DNA of 64,000 nt from an uncultured Actinomycetes bacterium (GCA_963704035.1 CAVPGR010000004.1:1157174-1221173); one strand, 5' to 3'; shown: positions 33,063 through 43,425, numbered from the stretch's first letter. Numbers and translations: made by a program. The notes: a model not told the origin generated them from the letters alone.

Positions 33063-34300
33063 TCACCGGCCCTTCCGGCGCGTGTACTCCTCGACACGCA
33101 TCTTCTTACGCTGGACAGCGCTGTACACGCCGGACCGCATGCTCAGGGCGTGGCTCTGGAGCTGCTCGGCCTCCTCAGCGAACTCCTTCACCCGTTCCGA
33201 GTTGGGGTCGGCCTTCGACAACAGACCGTGCATGGACTCCATCCGCAGGGCGGCACCGTCGAAGTCACCGCTGTCGGCCAGGTCGATGGCTTCCCGGCGA
33301 GCCTTCGACGCCTCGAGGAGCAGTACCTCGTCGTGGACGACCTGGTCGGGCTCCTGTTCGGCTGCCTCGTCCGCGTTCACGACGTTGACGACGAGCGGCA
33401 GCGTGACCGTGTGTGCTGAGACCTGCTCGCCGACCGACACGTAGCGGAGCACGAACTCCGGCCAGAGTGCATGGCCCGAGCGCCGCGACGTTCGGGACAT
33501 GGAACCTGCACACGACACGCCGCTTCTCGTCGCCGTACGCGTCACCGAGCTGCACCTGAAGGCCGTCGGGAGTGTCGTCGATCGGATACTCGTTCAGCAC
33601 CCCGAGCAGCTTCACGTCCTCGCTCGTGTGGATCTCGACGCTCACGTTCTGGGCCACCACGGACGCGAGGCCCTCGAACTCCTCGGCGAAGATCCCGGGG
33701 GCATCTTCCGGCGTTTCGGCGAAATACGTGGATCCGCCGCCGGCGTCGGCCATGGCGGCGAGCAGGTCCTCATCGAAGCCTTCTCCGAATCCGATGGTGG
33801 TCGTACCGACGGTTTCTCGTGCGTTGCCCGCGAGTCCGGCGAGCTGTTCCGGGTCGGTGATCCCCACGTTGGCGAGGCCGTCGGAGAGCAGCAGCACCCG
33901 TCGGACGCCGTCGTCGCCGGAACGCTGGGCCTCTTCCAGGCCCTTCAACCATCCGCCCGACAGGTTCGTCATCCCACCGGGCGGATAGCGGCTGAATGGC
34001 GCGGCGGACGTCATCGCTCGGAGATGTAAGCGGCACATCGAGCGCCACCTCGTTGTCATAGGTCACGACGGCCAGTTCGTCGTTGCCCTTCGAGCGCTCG
34101 GCGAGGAACACGCCCGCCTTCTTGGCGGCCTCCAGCTTGGGGCCGGCCATGGAGCCCGAGCGGTCGATGACGAGAGCCACGTGCAGACGACGGCCGGTCG
34201 GTCTCAGGGGCGGCGGGGCGTCGAGCTCGAGCATGGCGTGCACGGTGTGCTCCGACTCGAGCGCCAGAAGTGTTTGATCGAAACGAACAGATGCGTCCAC
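33063..34300 (-). pseudogene. von Willebrand factor A (vWA) domain protein with two frame breaks (about 33980 and 33475) as sequenced
   Basis: GTG 34300 follows GAGGAG. MIDAS motif LVIDRSGSMAG. Part 2 reads GGMTNLSGGWLKG...LLLSDGLANVG...TTTIGFGEGFDEDLL. Part 3 reads HALWPEFVLRYVSVGEQ... with a helical C-terminus. The three overlapping ORFs are 33770..34363, 33265..34059 and 33063..33545. Confidence 0.7.
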
Positions 34301-34408
34301 AGAAGACTCCTCGCAGACAGGAGATGGATGTACGTCTCCATGTCTACAGAGGGGGTGGGACAACTACACCGTTGTCATTTCGCCAGCGACTGAGCGGGGA
34401 CGGCGAAG

Positions 34409-35462
34409 TCAGTCCCGGTCGATCTCCAGCGGCTCAATCTCGACGACCGTGATGTCGCCAGACGGTGAGAATCTTGCAATCGCCTCGCCATAGCGACCGG
34501 ACGGAAGCTGGAATTCACAGCGGAAGTCCTGGCCAATCAACCCTTCAGGGAAATCGCAGAACGACGTAGCCAGATCTCGATCTCGGTTGTACTCGTAGCC
34601 GAGAGCCTCGAAGGTCTCGATTCCGACGAACTCGATGAAGCTGCTTGCCTCCGAAGGGGTCATGAGACACGGGGGCGGTTCGCCTCCATGGAAGGGGCAG
34701 GGCGGCGCAGTTATCGTACTCGTGGTCGGTGGAAGCGTCGTCGTTGTGGTCGGTTCCGTCACGTTAGAACCCGGAAACACAGGCAGGTCGTCGAGGATCG
34801 CCTGAGCGCCACGCGTCTCTCGCGGGCAGTCATCCTGTTCATCCACGGCTGAGTGATATTCGCTGGGCGGATCGAGCGATTCGAGGATGTAAGTGCCCGA
34901 CCATGCGAACTCATCGGGCAGGGCCTCCAAGGAGTCGACCGGAAAACGCGCACCGAATCCGCGAGTCGGCGATGGTGTCGGTCGCTCCCACCGCACTCTC
35001 GGGTGAGCTTGTTCCGCCACCGAGGTCGGCAACGGTCAATCTCTGCGACTGATCCTCTGCATCGGGGCTGAACGAAAGGACTGCGATCCTTTCGCCGCTT
35101 CCCTGGTCGAACGCAGTGACCGCCCAGTGCCGTCGGTAGGCCTCCTCGGCCGGGTAGTGCGGCGCCCCCATGATCCAGGTCACGAGCAGCGTCTCGGCGT
35201 CGGATTCGAGAGCTACCTTGAGCAGGTCAGAGTTGGCTTCGCCCGCGAGGTCGTCGTTGTAGAGAAGAACACCTCCTCGGACATCCCGGCAGGTCGAAGA
35301 ACCCACGGGAAACGTCGCCTCGAGCTCTTCGGTCGTCGAGGTCGCGTTTTCGGGTTCCGCGCTCGAGCTAGAAGAACCCGAAGATTGTCCGTCGCTCGAA
35401 CAGCCGACTGCGAGCAATCCCACCGTGAGGGCAATTGCCAGCCACTTGGCGAAAGCACTCAT
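34409..35462 (-). pseudogene. Lipoprotein, function unknown, with the frame broken near 34955 as sequenced
   Basis: Signal peptide plus lipobox LLAVGC (ORF 34911..35462). A Thr/Pro linker and Cys-containing C-terminal domain lie in ORF 34409..35032. Joining the two into one gene is my inference. Confidence 0.5.
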
Positions 35463-35575
35463 CGGATCTCCCTAACGCGGGCTCAGATCGACGCGGAGGT
35501 CGTCGGCGATCTCTTCGAGCTTGTCAGCATCGATCTCTCTCGAAGAGGCTGGCGGGCGAGACCGTGGTGCATCGA

Positions 35576-36549
35576 TCAACGCGCGATCTCGCTCAGCTCG
35601 GCTTCGACATCGGCAGCGACAGCATCGATCGCACGTCGGAGGTCTTCTCCGCTGCGAAAGAACCAGTCGATGTAGGCATCGTGCTCGTCGATCTCGGAGA
35701 CGTCTCCATCTCCGTAGTCAGCGACCCGACTCGCGGCGTCGCTCCGGGAGCTCCTCCCATGTGAGATCGCGTCCGTAGGTGCGCTCGATGTCCGCGCGAC
35801 GCTCGGCGAGAGCGCCAAACAAATCAGCCGCCCGGTCGGGGCCCGCGTAGTCGATGTAGATCTCGCTGCGGATCTTTCCACCGTGGCCGAAGCTGAAGGC
35901 GTAGTAAGGGCCACCCTTGAAGGGGCACGGCATAGCAAACCAGTTCCCGGAGCCGGCCTTCTTGGCTTTGGTCCAGGTCGGGTGATCGATCCGAACCCGT
36001 TCGAGGAACCGTTTCCAGAACTCCATGTACAAAGCAGGCTTGCCGCTGTGCTGAGATGTTGCGCGGGCGGCGGCAGAGACCTGCCGCGTGCCAATCGTTC
36101 GGTTGAGCACGTAATTCGAGCATTGGTGCCGGCGGAGAGTCACCAATCCGAATAGCGCCCAACTCGACGCCGAAGAACCGGACCTGGTCACCACCGAGGT
36201 CGTTCAGCAGGTCGAGCGCTTCTCGGTGCTCCTCGCGGAAGCTCGTCGAGATCCACACAACGGTCCGGGCATCGGTTCCGGCTGTGTACGTCAGAAGCTT
36301 TCCGAGGTGATCATGATCCGTCGCGGAGAGCTGATTCTCGACGATCAACACGCAATCGTTGGTGAGGTCGCGGCCCAAGAGATCAAGGCTGAACGATCCA
36401 ACAGGGTGCTCCGCCATTATCAACTCGAGATCGATTCCCAGCACGTCGGCGAGCACGTCCGCGTTCTCGAGCAACCATGGCGTGAAGTCGTGTGCCTCGT
36501 GTATCCATACGGCGCGTGGGTCCAACCGCTCGATCCGACTGAAGTCCAT
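35576..36549 (-). pseudogene. DUF4268-like protein with an N-terminal endonuclease-like domain and two frame breaks (about 36080 and 35735) as sequenced
   Basis: Part 1: WIHEAHDFTPWL...DLLGRD...VLIVENQLSATDHDHLGKLLTY (PD-(D/E)xK/NucS-like pattern). Part 2: YMEFWKRFLERVRIDHPTW...YAFSFGHGGKIRSEIYID. Part 3: DYGDGDVSEIDEHDAYIDWFF. Each part lies in a different frame. Confidence 0.6.
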
Positions 36550-36654
36550 TGTGCTACCGACAGCTCCTCGCTGAGTATCTGCTTAACCGAAGAACACTAT
36601 TTCGAAAGGCGGGACCCGGGAGCACCACCGCCGGGGCACGGTCTGAGGAGTGCA

Positions 36655-37202
36655 CTACGACTCCGCACGTCTGACGAGCACGAGAAGAGGGGTCAGCGTG
36701 TACGCGACCACGGGAACGTTTCTTCCCGCCTCGTCCCCTGGGAAGGTGGCGCACAGTTGGTTTCTGGATCGGCCGGTGTCGCCGAGTGCTTTCGCACGAG
36801 TGTCGACGGTCACGGCTCCGAACGACCGCATGACCTCTCGCACGTCGAGACCTGTGGCTCCGTCCAACCCCTCGAGCGAGGTCTGGTGGAACGTGTCCTG
36901 ACCGCTGCGCCCGGCACGGGAATCCGAAGTTGCATCCAGAGGAATCCTCGCGAGCTCCTGTTGGCAGTCACGCGCAACCCGTGCTCGAGGCGCCTGAGCC
37001 TCGGCGCCTCGTTTCGGCAGAGCTTGGTTCGCACGAAGCGTTCGTGCGACGGGAAGTGGACGTCGATGACCCGCACGTCGACGCCTCCACCGGTGATGTC
37101 GAAGCACTGCGCATCTGCCGAGACTGTTTCGAATTCACCGATGGGGTACTCCTCGACTGTCTCCGGTCCCGCACGCTCGATGGTGAGTGGGCCGACCTTC
37201 AT
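36655..37202 (-). pseudogene. Hypothetical ~180-aa protein, probably frame-broken near 36950
   Basis: MKVGPLTIERAGPETVEEYPIGEFETVSADAQCFDITGGGVDVRVIDVHFP (ORF 36810..37310, ATG 37202 after GAGGAA) appears to continue as ...LEGLDGATGLDVREVMRSFGAVTVDTRAK...VVAYTLTPLLVLV (ORF 36655..37107). I did not recognise any family. Confidence 0.35.
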
Positions 37203-37294
37203 GGGTTCCTCTGTTGCCTCTCTACCTGCTGCGCTCTGATCGGCATGGTGATCTGATCCTGAAGTGGCGGGAGCCGTTAGTGGCACATTCCTAC

Positions 37295-37750
37295 TCACCA
37301 CCTGGGACACAGCGCCGTCCTGCCGATCGCTCCGAGCTCGGCTTCGGTGAGACCGTTCGCATCTGACACGTCGACAGGACCTTTGGCTGCGGGTTCCTTC
37401 GCTGCAACGGGATCCGGTTCGTCGTCAGAGACCAGGACGATCGTGACGACAGTGGCGGCTGTGAGTACGGCGACGATCGCAACAGCTATGGCGGCCCACA
37501 GGCCCCACGCTCGACGCGAGCCGGACGGTGGTGGATCGACGGGAGTGCCGTAGGGCGTGGTGGGTGGAGGAGGCGACGTCGGAGGAGGCGACGTTGTCGT
37601 CGAGGGTGGCGGAGGAGGGGGTGGTGGGCTCGCGCCCTGTGTGGTGGGGACCGTGCGACCGCACCGGCCGCACGAAAGGGCTCCGGGTTGGAGCGAGGCC
37701 CCGCAGGCCGGACAGTTCATGGGATCGACGATAGCTGTGGGCTGCGACAC
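37295..37750 (-). CDS. Zinc-ribbon / poly-proline / single-TM membrane-anchored protein
   Basis: Contains NCPACGASLQPGALSCGRCG, a run of P/T/S (PPPPPPPPSTTTSPPPTSPPPP), a TM segment WAAIAVAIVAVLTAATVVTIVLV, and a short extracytoplasmic tail. Confidence 0.6.
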   Translation of the reverse strand: MSQPTAIVDPMNCPACGASLQPGALSCGRCGRTVPTTQGASPPPPPPPPSTTTSPPPTSPPPPTTPYGTPVDPPPSGSRRAWGLWAAIAVAIVAVLTAATVVTIVLVSDDEPDPVAAKEPAAKGPVDVSDANGLTEAELGAIGRTALCPRW

Positions 37751-37778
37751 GAAGGACGCGAGCCGACGCTCGATTCAG

Positions 37779-38906
37779 CTACGCGTTGAACCAGCGCTCG
37801 AGCCTGCTGCTTCCGAACTCCGCCTTGTCCGCCACCAGTTCCGGAGAGGGGCCGTCGAAGCTCGCCGACGGGGCGTCACCGCTGCGGACCGTGAGGCCGA
37901 TGCGGGCGATCTGGTCATGACCGAACTCGAAATAGCACACCCCGCGTCCTCCGTAGGTCGCCGACTCCGTCGTGTTGCGGATCCTCGCAGCGATCCGGTC
38001 GGCGACCACGGCCGCGTGGCCTTCAGCGAAGGCACCGGCCTTGGGGGTGCCGGCGTTCGCCACGTCGCCGACCGCGTACACGCCTTCGAAAGACGTCTCG
38101 AGCGTCAAGGGGTCCACAGGGATCCACCCGTCGACGGTCAGTCCGGAACTCTCCACCACGGCAGGCGCCTTGTGCACGGGGACACCGAGGAACAGATCGA
38201 AGGCCAGTTCTTCACCATCGGCGAGCACGGCCACGTTCCGCTCCGGGTCCAGCCTGGTCACGATCCGCTCCGGGTACCAGGCGATCCCGTGTTCGGCAAA
38301 GGCCTCCAGGAGGACCGTCGACGCCTCGGGCGACGGCGGAACCGGTAGCGGCAACGGCATCACGAGTGAGATCTCGGAGGCGTCGCGCAACCCGCGTTCG
38401 GTGAGGAAGTCGTGCATGAGCAGCACGGTCTCGCTCGGTGCGGGCGGACACTTGAACGGCGCTGACGCCACACCGACGATCACCCGGCCCCCGCCGAAGT
38501 CCGTGAGTACCTCACGCAGGCCGAACGCCCCGTCGACGGTATAGAACTCGTGGCCGGCCTCGACGAGCCCCGGCGTGGCCTCCGGATGCAGGTCGGCCCC
38601 CAAGGCGACGACGAGGACGTCGGCCTCGAAGGTTCCGTCGTCGGTCTCGACCCGTCGGGCGGCCGGATCGATCGAGCGGACCGTCGAGCGCACGAAGCGG
38701 ACGCCGGGCTTGACAGCGTCGCTGTACGGGTGGACGACCGACGCCGGAAGGGCCCGACCGAACATCACGTCGAGTTTCGAGAACCCGAACACGAAGCCCT
38801 CTGCCTGGTCGATGAGGACGACGTCGACGTCGTCACCGAACTCCTCGGACAACTTCGTCGTGAGTTCCAGACCACCGAAACCCGCACCCAGAACGACGAT
38901 CCTCAT
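37779..38906 (-). CDS. SQR-like / NDH-2-like FAD-dependent oxidoreductase (second paralogue)
   Basis: Motifs: MRIVVLGAGFGGLE, PFKCPPAPSE, VYAVGDVA. 375 aa. Confidence 0.75.
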   Translation of the reverse strand: MRIVVLGAGFGGLELTTKLSEEFGDDVDVVLIDQAEGFVFGFSKLDVMFGRALPASVVHPYSDAVKPGVRFVRSTVRSIDPAARRVETDDGTFEADVLVVALGADLHPEATPGLVEAGHEFYTVDGAFGLREVLTDFGGGRVIVGVASAPFKCPPAPSETVLLMHDFLTERGLRDASEISLVMPLPLPVPPSPEASTVLLEAFAEHGIAWYPERIVTRLDPERNVAVLADGEELAFDLFLGVPVHKAPAVVESSGLTVDGWIPVDPLTLETSFEGVYAVGDVANAGTPKAGAFAEGHAAVVADRIAARIRNTTESATYGGRGVCYFEFGHDQIARIGLTVRSGDAPSASFDGPSPELVADKAEFGSSRLERWFNA

Positions 38907-39043
38907 CGCCCGAGCCTACCCAGAGGCGAAAGGTCGGTTCCTGGGTGCGAAAGGTAGCCGTCACACCCTCTCCCTATGGTGTTTCGAGGCTCGGAGCCTG
39001 GCCGTCTGGCTCCCTCTCGTACACGGATCGACAGGGAGATCAG

Positions 39044-39423
39044 ATGGCTATCGACGAGCACACCCGCCACCACCTTCACGAGTTCGCCCGCGAAACGTGG
39101 GACGACCAGGCTGCAGATACGCTGATGGAGATGCTTCCTCCTGTTGGTTGGGCCGATGTCGCCACGAAACGGGATCTCGACGCCCTCGAGGAACGGATGG
39201 ACGCGCGCTTCGAGATGGTGGACCTCCGCCTGGCGTCGTTCGAGGAACGCACCGATGCACGTTTCGCAGGGTTCGAAGACCGCACCGATACCCCCAGATG
39301 CACGGGCTCCGCCATGAGCTCATCGGCGAAATGCACGCCATGCAGTCGCGCCTGGTGATGTGGCTGGTGCCCACGGTCCTTGCAGGGGTGGGAGCGTCAG
39401 CGGCCGTCGCCAGACTTCTGTAG
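39044..39423 (+). pseudogene. DUF1640-like coiled-coil, C-terminally TM-anchored small protein, with the frame broken in a C5 run at 39291-39295
   Basis: AGGGAG RBS. MAIDEHTRHHLHEF...ADTLMEMLPPVGWADVATKRDLDALEERMDARF...FEDRTDT, then in another frame QMHGLRHELIGEMHAMQSRLVMWLVPTVLAGVGASAAVARLL. One extra C restores the frame. Confidence 0.6.
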
Positions 39424-39539
39424 AACGGCCCGATCGTGGCGGTCCCGCCAAGGACAAAGGCGCTGGGTCGTCGTAGCTGGTACGTGGATCAGCGTGACGC
39501 CGTGAACCGATCAGGTGAGTCTGCGCGACAGTTCTCGTG

Positions 39540-39686
39540 ATGGACACGGACGGAGCACTCGTGGAAGCGGTCGCCGACGGCGACCGGGGGCGCTCGAAGA
39601 GCTGCACCGCCGCCACGTCGCCTGGATGACAGCGCGCCTCAGGCGACGCTGTGCCGACAAGGACATCGTCGACGAAGCGGTCCAGG
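39540..39686 (+). pseudogene. ECF sigma-70 factor, N-terminal stub (region 2.1 only)
   Basis: MDTDGALVEAVADGDRG(A)LEELHRRHVAWMTARLRRRCADKDIVDEAVQ. There is a frame break in a G5 run at 39586-39590. Homology stops exactly at the stop codon of the convergent NTase gene (39687). Confidence 0.55.
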
Positions 39687-40322
39687 TCACTCCTTCGCGT
39701 CCGGGTGGTCGAGCGCGTCGGCACCGCGGTCGATCAGAGAGCGGAACGTCGGCTCGACGCCGGCGTCGCGACCGGGTGCGGCGTCTGCGAGCTCGTGTAG
39801 TCGGCCGAGAGCTTCGAGCTCGGGGCCCATGATGCGAGCGAATGCCGCGCCGACCGCCTCGGGGTCGACGGTCCCTGCTTCGAGCATCGCCGAGATGTCG
39901 ACCCAGTCCTTCGGACGGGAGAAGATCATCTTGAAGACCGTCAACTCGGTGCTCCCCAGCACGGGAATCGCGGTTCCCGCGAACGGAACAACGCGGACAT
40001 GTCGCGCAGCTTCGCGATGCACGTCGTCGACGTCGAAGAACAGGTCGACGGGCGTGTGTTCCCACCACAAGCGCACCTGGCCGTCGCGACGAACCGCTTC
40101 GATGTTCGAGCGGTCCCATTCGACGCCGACGGGCAGAAGTGCGAGCACACGCTCGGCGTCTTCGGGCGACGCGAAGATATTGAGATCGATGTCCTTCGTC
40201 GCTCGAACGTCGCCCACGTGGTACGCGAGCGCGAGCGCGCCGCCGAAGGCGTGCGGAACCTCGGCCGCCTCCAACGCGTCGTGGATCGTGAGCACCTTCT
40301 CGACGAGCGTCGGGCCGCTCAT
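39687..40322 (-). CDS. Nucleotidyltransferase-fold protein (TA-module partner)
   Basis: 211 aa. GGALALAYHVGDVRATKDIDL is an NTase G[SG]...D.D pattern. It has a 4-nt overlap with the upstream XRE gene. Confidence 0.6.
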   Translation of the reverse strand: MSGPTLVEKVLTIHDALEAAEVPHAFGGALALAYHVGDVRATKDIDLNIFASPEDAERVLALLPVGVEWDRSNIEAVRRDGQVRLWWEHTPVDLFFDVDDVHREAARHVRVVPFAGTAIPVLGSTELTVFKMIFSRPKDWVDISAMLEAGTVDPEAVGAAFARIMGPELEALGRLHELADAAPGRDAGVEPTFRSLIDRGADALDHPDAKE

Positions 40323-40639
40323 CGTCGCGCCAGAGAAGGAAACAACAACGGACGTCGCGATCGTGAACCCGGGATCGCATCGGCGAGTTCGAGCAGCTCC
40401 TCCAGATCCCGGGCTGCTGCGTGCTCGTCGGGGAGCTCGACGGCCGGCGCCATCACGAGTCGAAAGCGGGCTGCCTCCAGGAGCCGCACCAGGGCGTCGA
40501 CCCCCGGCTCACGCCGCCCGCGCTCGTAAGCGTTGACGACCGGGCGGGGGATCCTGGAGCGCCGCGCGAGCTCCGCCTGGCTCATCCCGGAGCGACGCCG
40601 CGCCTCGAAGATCAGGTCCGCTGCCCTACCCATGATCAC
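40319..40639 (-). CDS. XRE-family helix-turn-helix protein (TA-module partner)
   Basis: HTH motif SGMSQAELARRSRIPRPVVNAYERGRREP. The start is GTG 40639 or ATG 40633. Confidence 0.75.
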   Translation of the reverse strand: MIMGRAADLIFEARRRSGMSQAELARRSRIPRPVVNAYERGRREPGVDALVRLLEAARFRLVMAPAVELPDEHAAARDLEELLELADAIPGSRSRRPLLFPSLARR

Positions 40640-40642
40640 AGT

Positions 40643-40658
40643 GTAGCGGATCCGCTAC
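40643..40658. promoter_or_regulatory. Perfect 16-bp palindrome GTAGCGGATCCGCTAC, candidate operator of the XRE/NTase module
   Basis: Lies 4-10 nt upstream of the XRE start. A half-site-like TCCGCTAT repeats 5 nt further on (40662-40669). Confidence 0.5.
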
Positions 40659-40765
40659 ATCTCCGCTATCGCACCTGCGGGCTGTGCTCGGAGGCACGGA
40701 GCCCGAGGCCCTGGCACCGGAGATTCCGAGATGCTTGACTGCGGTTTCCGAACCGAAGGATCGCC

Positions 40766-42709
40766 GTGCATCGGACATTGTTCGCGCTCGTCGTGACCGC
40801 CGCGCTCCTCGGTGCGGCGTGCTCGGGGGGAGGCACCGACAACAGCGCATCCACGCCGGACAGCACCGAGCACGGCGAATGTGACCCGATCGATCCGGCG
40901 GCGTGTCTGCTTCCGTGGCCCAACGACAGCTTCACCCGACCCGACCCGACCACCGACACCGGACTGAGAATCGACCTGCCCGCAGAGGGCACACCGGTGA
41001 ACGCGAACGGCGTGGCCATCGCCGTCGACGAATGGAATCGCAACGACGGGTTCAGCCCCGCCGCAATCGGCGTGACCGTCGTTCCCGAACTCGACGTCGA
41101 AGCTTCACGACTCCCGGCGGTCACCGACATCGGTCGATCACTCGACGAGGACTCCACCCTCGTGTTGTTCGACGTCGACACCGGAGAACGTGTCCCGGCG
41201 TGGGCCGAACTCGACTCGGCCGCCACCGACCCCGAACGGACCCCGCTTCTGATCGAGCCGGCCACGTCGCTGGCCGAGGGTCACCGCCACGTCGTCGCGC
41301 TTCGAGACCTGAAGCGTGGCGACGGGACCCCGATCGAACAGGTTGCCGGCTACGTTGCCGCACTCGACGACCCCGACGAACAGACCGCAGAGCTCATCGA
41401 CGGGCTGGGCGAAGCCGGACTCGACGCCGACGAGATGACCACGGCATGGTCCTTCACGGTGGCGTCGAGCACGTCCCTGTCGGGTCGGCTCCGCCACATG
41501 TGGGACGAAACGAAATCCGAGCTGGGTGACACAGCACCCGAGTTCGTCGTGGAGGCGACCGAAGATGCCGGGCCCGCGCGGGTGGTGACAGGCACCTTCG
41601 ACATGCCCAACTATCTGAGTGGCGACGGTTCCACGGGTTCGGTGCTCAACAACGAGGACGACGCCGACGGCATCCCGACACGCAACGGCTCGATGTCCGC
41701 CGATTTCACGTGCACCGTCCCGATCGCCGCCACCGGCTCGGAGCCCGCCCCCGCCGTGCTGTACGGACATGGTCTGCTCGGAAGTCGAGAGGAAGTGCTC
41801 GACATCGGCCAGGTGGGCGCAGGAGCAGGCGTGGCGTTCTGCGCCCTGGACTGGATCGGTATGAGCTCCACCGACGTTCCCACGGTGATCGAGGCTCTCG
41901 GGGAGTTGACGGCGTTTCGCACCCAGCCCGACCGAATGCAACAGGGCCACCTCGCCTGGCTGTTGCTCGGACGGCTGCTCGCCAGTGACGCCGGCTTCGT
42001 GACCGACCCCGCCTTCCAGGATGCGTCCGGCACGGGCGTCATCGACCACGAACGGCTGGCGTTTCTCGGGGCCAGCCAGGGTGGAATCCTCGGCGGAGCA
42101 CCCTCCGCGTTGACGTCCGACTGGACCCAGGTGATCCTGGCGGTACCCGGCATCGGCTACAACCTGCTGCTGCCACGCAGCATCGACTTCGACGAATTCG
42201 CGCCGCTCTTCGAGCAGAACTACCCCGATCCTCTCGATCGCACGATGGCGCGGGAGATGATGGAGATGTTGTGGGATCGTGGCGAGAACGCCGGGTGGGC
42301 TCAACACCTCACTTCCGACACCTACGACGGCGCACCGGCGAAGAACGTTCTGCTCATCGAGGCGTTCGGTGACCACCAGGTCGCCAACGTGAGCACCGAG
42401 AAGCTGGCCCGCACGCTGGACATCCCCCTTCGCACGCCCGCGCTGGGCGACGGTCGATCAACCGACACCGAACCGTTCTTCGGGATCGAGCCGATTTCAG
42501 AGCTGCCCCACGAAGGCTCGGGTCTGGTGGTGTGGGACTTCGGTACGCCACCGCCTCCGATAGCGAACACCCCACCGCGCGAAGGTGAGGATCCGCACGG
42601 CAAGATCGGCGACGTTCCCGAAGCACTCGCCATCGTGGTGGCGTTTCTCGACCCGACCAGGCAGATCATCGATGTCTGTGGCGGCGATCCCTGCCAAACC
42701 TTGCCGTAG
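40766..42709 (+). CDS. Secreted lipoprotein, alpha/beta-hydrolase-like
   Basis: Lipobox LLGAAC. 647 aa with a GASQGG nucleophile-elbow-like motif. The exact family is unknown. Confidence 0.6.
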   Translation: MHRTLFALVVTAALLGAACSGGGTDNSASTPDSTEHGECDPIDPAACLLPWPNDSFTRPDPTTDTGLRIDLPAEGTPVNANGVAIAVDEWNRNDGFSPAAIGVTVVPELDVEASRLPAVTDIGRSLDEDSTLVLFDVDTGERVPAWAELDSAATDPERTPLLIEPATSLAEGHRHVVALRDLKRGDGTPIEQVAGYVAALDDPDEQTAELIDGLGEAGLDADEMTTAWSFTVASSTSLSGRLRHMWDETKSELGDTAPEFVVEATEDAGPARVVTGTFDMPNYLSGDGSTGSVLNNEDDADGIPTRNGSMSADFTCTVPIAATGSEPAPAVLYGHGLLGSREEVLDIGQVGAGAGVAFCALDWIGMSSTDVPTVIEALGELTAFRTQPDRMQQGHLAWLLLGRLLASDAGFVTDPAFQDASGTGVIDHERLAFLGASQGGILGGAPSALTSDWTQVILAVPGIGYNLLLPRSIDFDEFAPLFEQNYPDPLDRTMAREMMEMLWDRGENAGWAQHLTSDTYDGAPAKNVLLIEAFGDHQVANVSTEKLARTLDIPLRTPALGDGRSTDTEPFFGIEPISELPHEGSGLVVWDFGTPPPPIANTPPREGEDPHGKIGDVPEALAIVVAFLDPTRQIIDVCGGDPCQTLP

Positions 42710-42855
42710 CCCGGAAGTGGGACATCCCCGCCGGATCGCGACTGACGATGACGCGTTCATCGTCGAGACTGCCGGCCTGCGGCCTGCGGCCTGCGGCCTT
42801 TCGCCTCCGAGGTGCGACACGTATGCTCCGCGGATCCGAGTCGGGAGGCACCCCC

Positions 42856-43425
42856 ATGGAAACCAAACCGATGGAGCAGGCCTACGCGACCACTCGACGC
42901 GTCCTCGAAAACGTCTCACCGGATCAGATCAGCAATCCGACGCCCTGCGCGTCGTGGAACGTTGGTGAGGTCATCAACCACATGATCGGGGGCGCGAAGC
43001 TCGCCACCAGCACGGTGGAGTCGGGTTCCTGGGCGGACGACGGGTCGACAGCGCCCGACTTCTCCGCCGGTGACTACCTCGCCGCGTTCGACCAGGGCTT
43101 CGAAGACCTGAAGAAGGCGTTCGGCAAGCCCGACGCTGACGGAAAGACGCTCGCTCTGCCCTTCGGCCCCATGCCGGCCGAAGCGTTCTTCGGCATCGTC
43201 ACGAGCGACATGTTCGTGCACGGCTGGGACCTCGCCAAAGCGACCGGCCAGCCCACCGACCTCGATCCCGCGTTCGCCCAGACGCTCCTCGAACAGTCGA
43301 AGGCGAACATCCAGGACGCCTTCCGGGGCCCCGACGGCAAGGCTCCGTTCGGTCCCGAACAGCAGGCGCCCGACGGTGCGAGCGTCGCCGACCAGCTCGC
43401 TGCCTTCCTTGGACGCACCGTCTGA
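42856..43425 (+). CDS. TIGR03086-type DinB / mycothiol-dependent maleylpyruvate isomerase N-terminal-like protein
   Basis: GGGAGG RBS. Motifs: PTPCASWNVGEVINHMIG, DMFVHGWDLAKATG, and a C-terminal QLAAFLGRTV. Confidence 0.7.
   Translation: METKPMEQAYATTRRVLENVSPDQISNPTPCASWNVGEVINHMIGGAKLATSTVESGSWADDGSTAPDFSAGDYLAAFDQGFEDLKKAFGKPDADGKTLALPFGPMPAEAFFGIVTSDMFVHGWDLAKATGQPTDLDPAFAQTLLEQSKANIQDAFRGPDGKAPFGPEQQAPDGASVADQLAAFLGRTV

Noticed and set aside
32875-33097. Small ORFs in the 300-nt gap between the vWA and NYN genes.
   Set aside because: They are Arg-rich with no motifs and no RBS. The gap is better explained by the terminator and a promoter region for the NYN gene.
42774-42798. Heptamer tandem repeats: GGCCTGC x3 upstream of the first DinB gene, and TGTCAGC/TGTCGGC x3-4 at 21091-21118 at the end of the DHFR-like gene.
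   Set aside because: They are too short and too few for a CRISPR array or a meaningful satellite. They are plausibly slippage products, and I can support no functional inference.
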